Positions 61,640 to 64,000 of a DNA stretch of 64,000 nucleotides are shown in pieces. Numbering within the stretch: position 1 is the first letter of the stretch; every line of letters begins with the position of its first letter. Origin of the DNA: an uncultured Pseudomonadota bacterium. GTDB taxonomy: Bacteria > Pseudomonadota > Gammaproteobacteria > Burkholderiales > JALYOK01. Position numbers and translations under genes: made by a program. The stretch is taken from assembly GCA_963714525.1 (NCBI GenBank), contig CAVQPB010000004.1:39722-103721 (forward strand), given 5' to 3'. The notes under the pieces were generated by a model. It saw nothing but the letters and a program-made list of their open reading frames with translations. It was not told the origin of the DNA and made no database searches.

Positions 61640-61963
61640 AGCGGGAAAAAAGTGAGAACACAGAGTCTGCAAACTCGGTGTTCTCGCAAGATTATCTATC
61701 GCTAGATATGGAGATGCAGATGATATTTGGACGAGTTATGGGTTCTGCGACTCAGAGTGTACCGTGTCCGAATCCCGCTCCGCAACTAGGGGTGTTGTCC
61801 GATTATCGCTGACCAGATCGAGTAAAACCTGGCTGAATAAATCAGCCGCATTCATCGTTGCGCGATTAAGTCCTCGCTGCTTTTTATGCAGCCATGGGAG
61901 TGTTTTTGTCTAGTGAAACTGGGTTAATCGCGACGCGATCGATACACTTTTAGGAGAGAAATT

Positions 61964-63370
61964 ATGATGCGAGTAAGTTATTTACGATGGGGCTTGATCG
62001 CCCTGCTTGGCATGGGACTGGTAGGCTGCGATGACGATGATTCCGATCAAGATTCCGCGCAACTGCGCGCTGTTCACGCTTCACCGGACGCGCCGCGCGT
62101 CGATATTGTGGTGAACAACAAGAAACTGGCGGAGGCGTCGTATCCCGAAGCCACCGGATTTCAGTCCGTAAGCGCTGGCAATGCGACAATCAACATCAAT
62201 GTAAACGGCAGCAATCCTACCGTTACGGCGTTGAGCGCCACGGCGGCGTTGGAGCGCAACAAATATTACACGGTGTTTGCAGCCAACGAGGTCGCAAGCA
62301 TCGAGGCGCTTATCGTCGTTGACGAAAACAATGCACCTGCCGGCGGGAATGCGAAGGTTAGGGTGGTTCACGCCGCGCCCAATGCGCCGGCGGTAGACGT
62401 TTTCGTGACTGCGCCGACGGCCGATCTCGCCAGCGCAGCGGTGACGCCGACCCTCAACTTCGCGTTCAAAGGCATCGTCCCCGCGAACGGCGTGAAGGCG
62501 CTGGAGATCCCCGGCGGCGACTACCGCATACGCGTAACGCCGACCGGCGACAAGGCGACGGTGGTCTACGATTCCGGCACTATCAACGTGGCGTCGGGTT
62601 CGGACTTGGTTCTCGCCGCGATCCAGGAAAATAGCACGGCGAGCGTCGCGCCCATTTCGCTGTTGCTGCTGCCGAAGTCCGGCGCGTCGGTGGTGCTCGC
62701 CGATGTGCGCGCCAAAGTCCGCGTCGGTCATTTCTCACCCAATACGCCGACGGTGGATGTGTACCTCGGCGCGCCGGGTTCTCTTTTGACACCGGCGACC
62801 GAAGTCGTTTCCAACGCAACGTTCCCGGTAGCATCTTCGTTCCTGACGGTTTCTCCGGGCAGCTATCGAGCGTCGGTCGCACTTGATGGAACCACCAGCG
62901 AGGCAATTGGGTTGGACGCAAACATTACCAATGGACTAGACGTCAGCGTTTTCGCAATCGGTCTGAATGGTGCAACCGGTGCGCAAGCATTGCGTCTGAA
63001 TGCGTATGCCGACGATCTCACGGCGCCGTCTGCGGGTAAGGCCAAGTTGCGAGTATTGCATCTTTCACCCGATGCGCCCAATGTCGACGTTGTAGTCCTA
63101 AGCGCCCCGGGTGTAATCGCATCGAGAGTTGTAACAGACCTCGCGTTCCCGAATGCGTCTTCAGCATATTTGGAGTTGGATCCCGGCACCTATACGGTTG
63201 CCGTGGCGCCGACTGGTCAAAATAGCCCGGTGTTGCCGACCAATGCCGGTGTACCGATTACGCTGGTGGCGGGCGACATTAAAACGGCTGCGGCGATCGG
63301 ATGCCTTGCGGTTTCCGGTACGTGTGCGGGTGGCGCGGCATTTAGCCTGACGCTACTAAACGATAACTAA
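61964..63370 (+). CDS. DUF4397 repeat lipoprotein
   Basis: Lipobox LVGC; four repeats of the RxxHxSPDAPxVD type. Confidence 0.85.
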   Translation: MMRVSYLRWGLIALLGMGLVGCDDDDSDQDSAQLRAVHASPDAPRVDIVVNNKKLAEASYPEATGFQSVSAGNATININVNGSNPTVTALSATAALERNKYYTVFAANEVASIEALIVVDENNAPAGGNAKVRVVHAAPNAPAVDVFVTAPTADLASAAVTPTLNFAFKGIVPANGVKALEIPGGDYRIRVTPTGDKATVVYDSGTINVASGSDLVLAAIQENSTASVAPISLLLLPKSGASVVLADVRAKVRVGHFSPNTPTVDVYLGAPGSLLTPATEVVSNATFPVASSFLTVSPGSYRASVALDGTTSEAIGLDANITNGLDVSVFAIGLNGATGAQALRLNAYADDLTAPSAGKAKLRVLHLSPDAPNVDVVVLSAPGVIASRVVTDLAFPNASSAYLELDPGTYTVAVAPTGQNSPVLPTNAGVPITLVAGDIKTAAAIGCLAVSGTCAGGAAFSLTLLNDN

Positions 63371-63539
63371 GCCTTCCTATGCATTAGTAAACATTCAACA
63401 GGGTCAATTGTTTTCGAGAATTTGCTTCGAGGGCCGTTGACCCTGCATCGCCAGGAGCCGCTCTGGTATTGCCTCGCAGCCATGCATGGCAGGCGAGCCA
63501 CACCGCTATTGGCGCGTGGCGTTGCCTATTCGAATTCAG

Positions 63540-63851
63540 CTAAGGCTTGGATGGGACGTCGGAGTAGTAAGTCTGCTTCAAAAAATAAACCACATCGTCG
63601 ATTTCGTCGTTGCGCCATTTTACATTCACTACTTCCGACCATAACCGAGTCTGCATGCGCAAATCGAAATAGGGATTACGGGACAGATGCCGATCGGTAT
63701 ACATATTGTCTTCATGACAGCCGCGGCAGATCGTATCGTGAAGCGCCTGACCGCGTTGTAAGCGCGTGTCGATCTGCTGCGCAAATGTTTGAGCGACAAT
63801 CGAGACTGTCAACGCAAGCAGCAAACCAACGCGTCGAATATTTTTATGCAT
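63540..63851 (-). CDS. Small monoheme c-type cytochrome
   Basis: Signal peptide, RGQALH...CRGCH, DVVYFL. Confidence 0.75.
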   Translation of the reverse strand: MHKNIRRVGLLLALTVSIVAQTFAQQIDTRLQRGQALHDTICRGCHEDNMYTDRHLSRNPYFDLRMQTRLWSEVVNVKWRNDEIDDVVYFLKQTYYSDVPSKP

Positions 63852-63868
63852 GTGCGTTTTCCCAAAGA

Positions 63869-64000
63869 CTAACCACTATAGGAACCCAGACTTTTGCCTC
63901 CGCAAACATACAGCGTCTGGCCGGTCATGTACCACGCCTCGTCGGAAGCAAAAAAATGCGCGGCATACGCGACTTCCTCCGGCGTGCCGATTTTGGGCAG
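63869..64000 (-). CDS. SDR oxidoreductase, C-terminal fragment (runs off the window)
   Basis: Manual translation: [43 protein letters not shown]. Confidence 0.75.
   Translation of the reverse strand: MPKIGTPEEVAYAAHFFASDEAWYMTGQTLYVCGGKSLGSYSG

Overview
Proteobacterial chromosomal window. No rRNA, tRNA, CRISPR array, transposase or phage genes were seen. Its core (about 5.9-42.9 kb) is a nitrile/amide catabolism island with five parts. (1) A Co-type nitrile hydratase operon whose beta subunit is split into two genes, with an accessory protein, an amidase-signature amidase and a divergent LysR. (2) Two paralogous FtsZ/tubulin-signature proteins flanking a small ORF, only one carrying a C-terminal CIWGCAC motif. 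Sizes and gene order recall the atypical acetonitrile hydratase AnhA/AnhE/AnhB of Rhodococcus jostii RHA1 (recalled, not aligned). (3) Downstream of these: a CbbQ/NorQ AAA+ and VWA pair, peroxiredoxin, COG0523 GTPase, CbtBA, 2Fe-2S ferredoxin, TonB receptor and PepSY protein. (4) AmiC/AmiR with an ANTAR attenuator ahead of an Urt-type ABC transporter and the aliphatic amidase AmiE. (5) A urease-like cluster with a divergent active-site region, then a second CbbQ/CbbO pair. The rest is a fructose ABC/ROK/PfkB module, VIT1 transporter, fused IOR, Hyi, Nramp-like transporter, serine hydrolase and a cluster of lipoprotein genes. About ten single-base frameshifts are scattered over unrelated genes and are most likely assembly errors.
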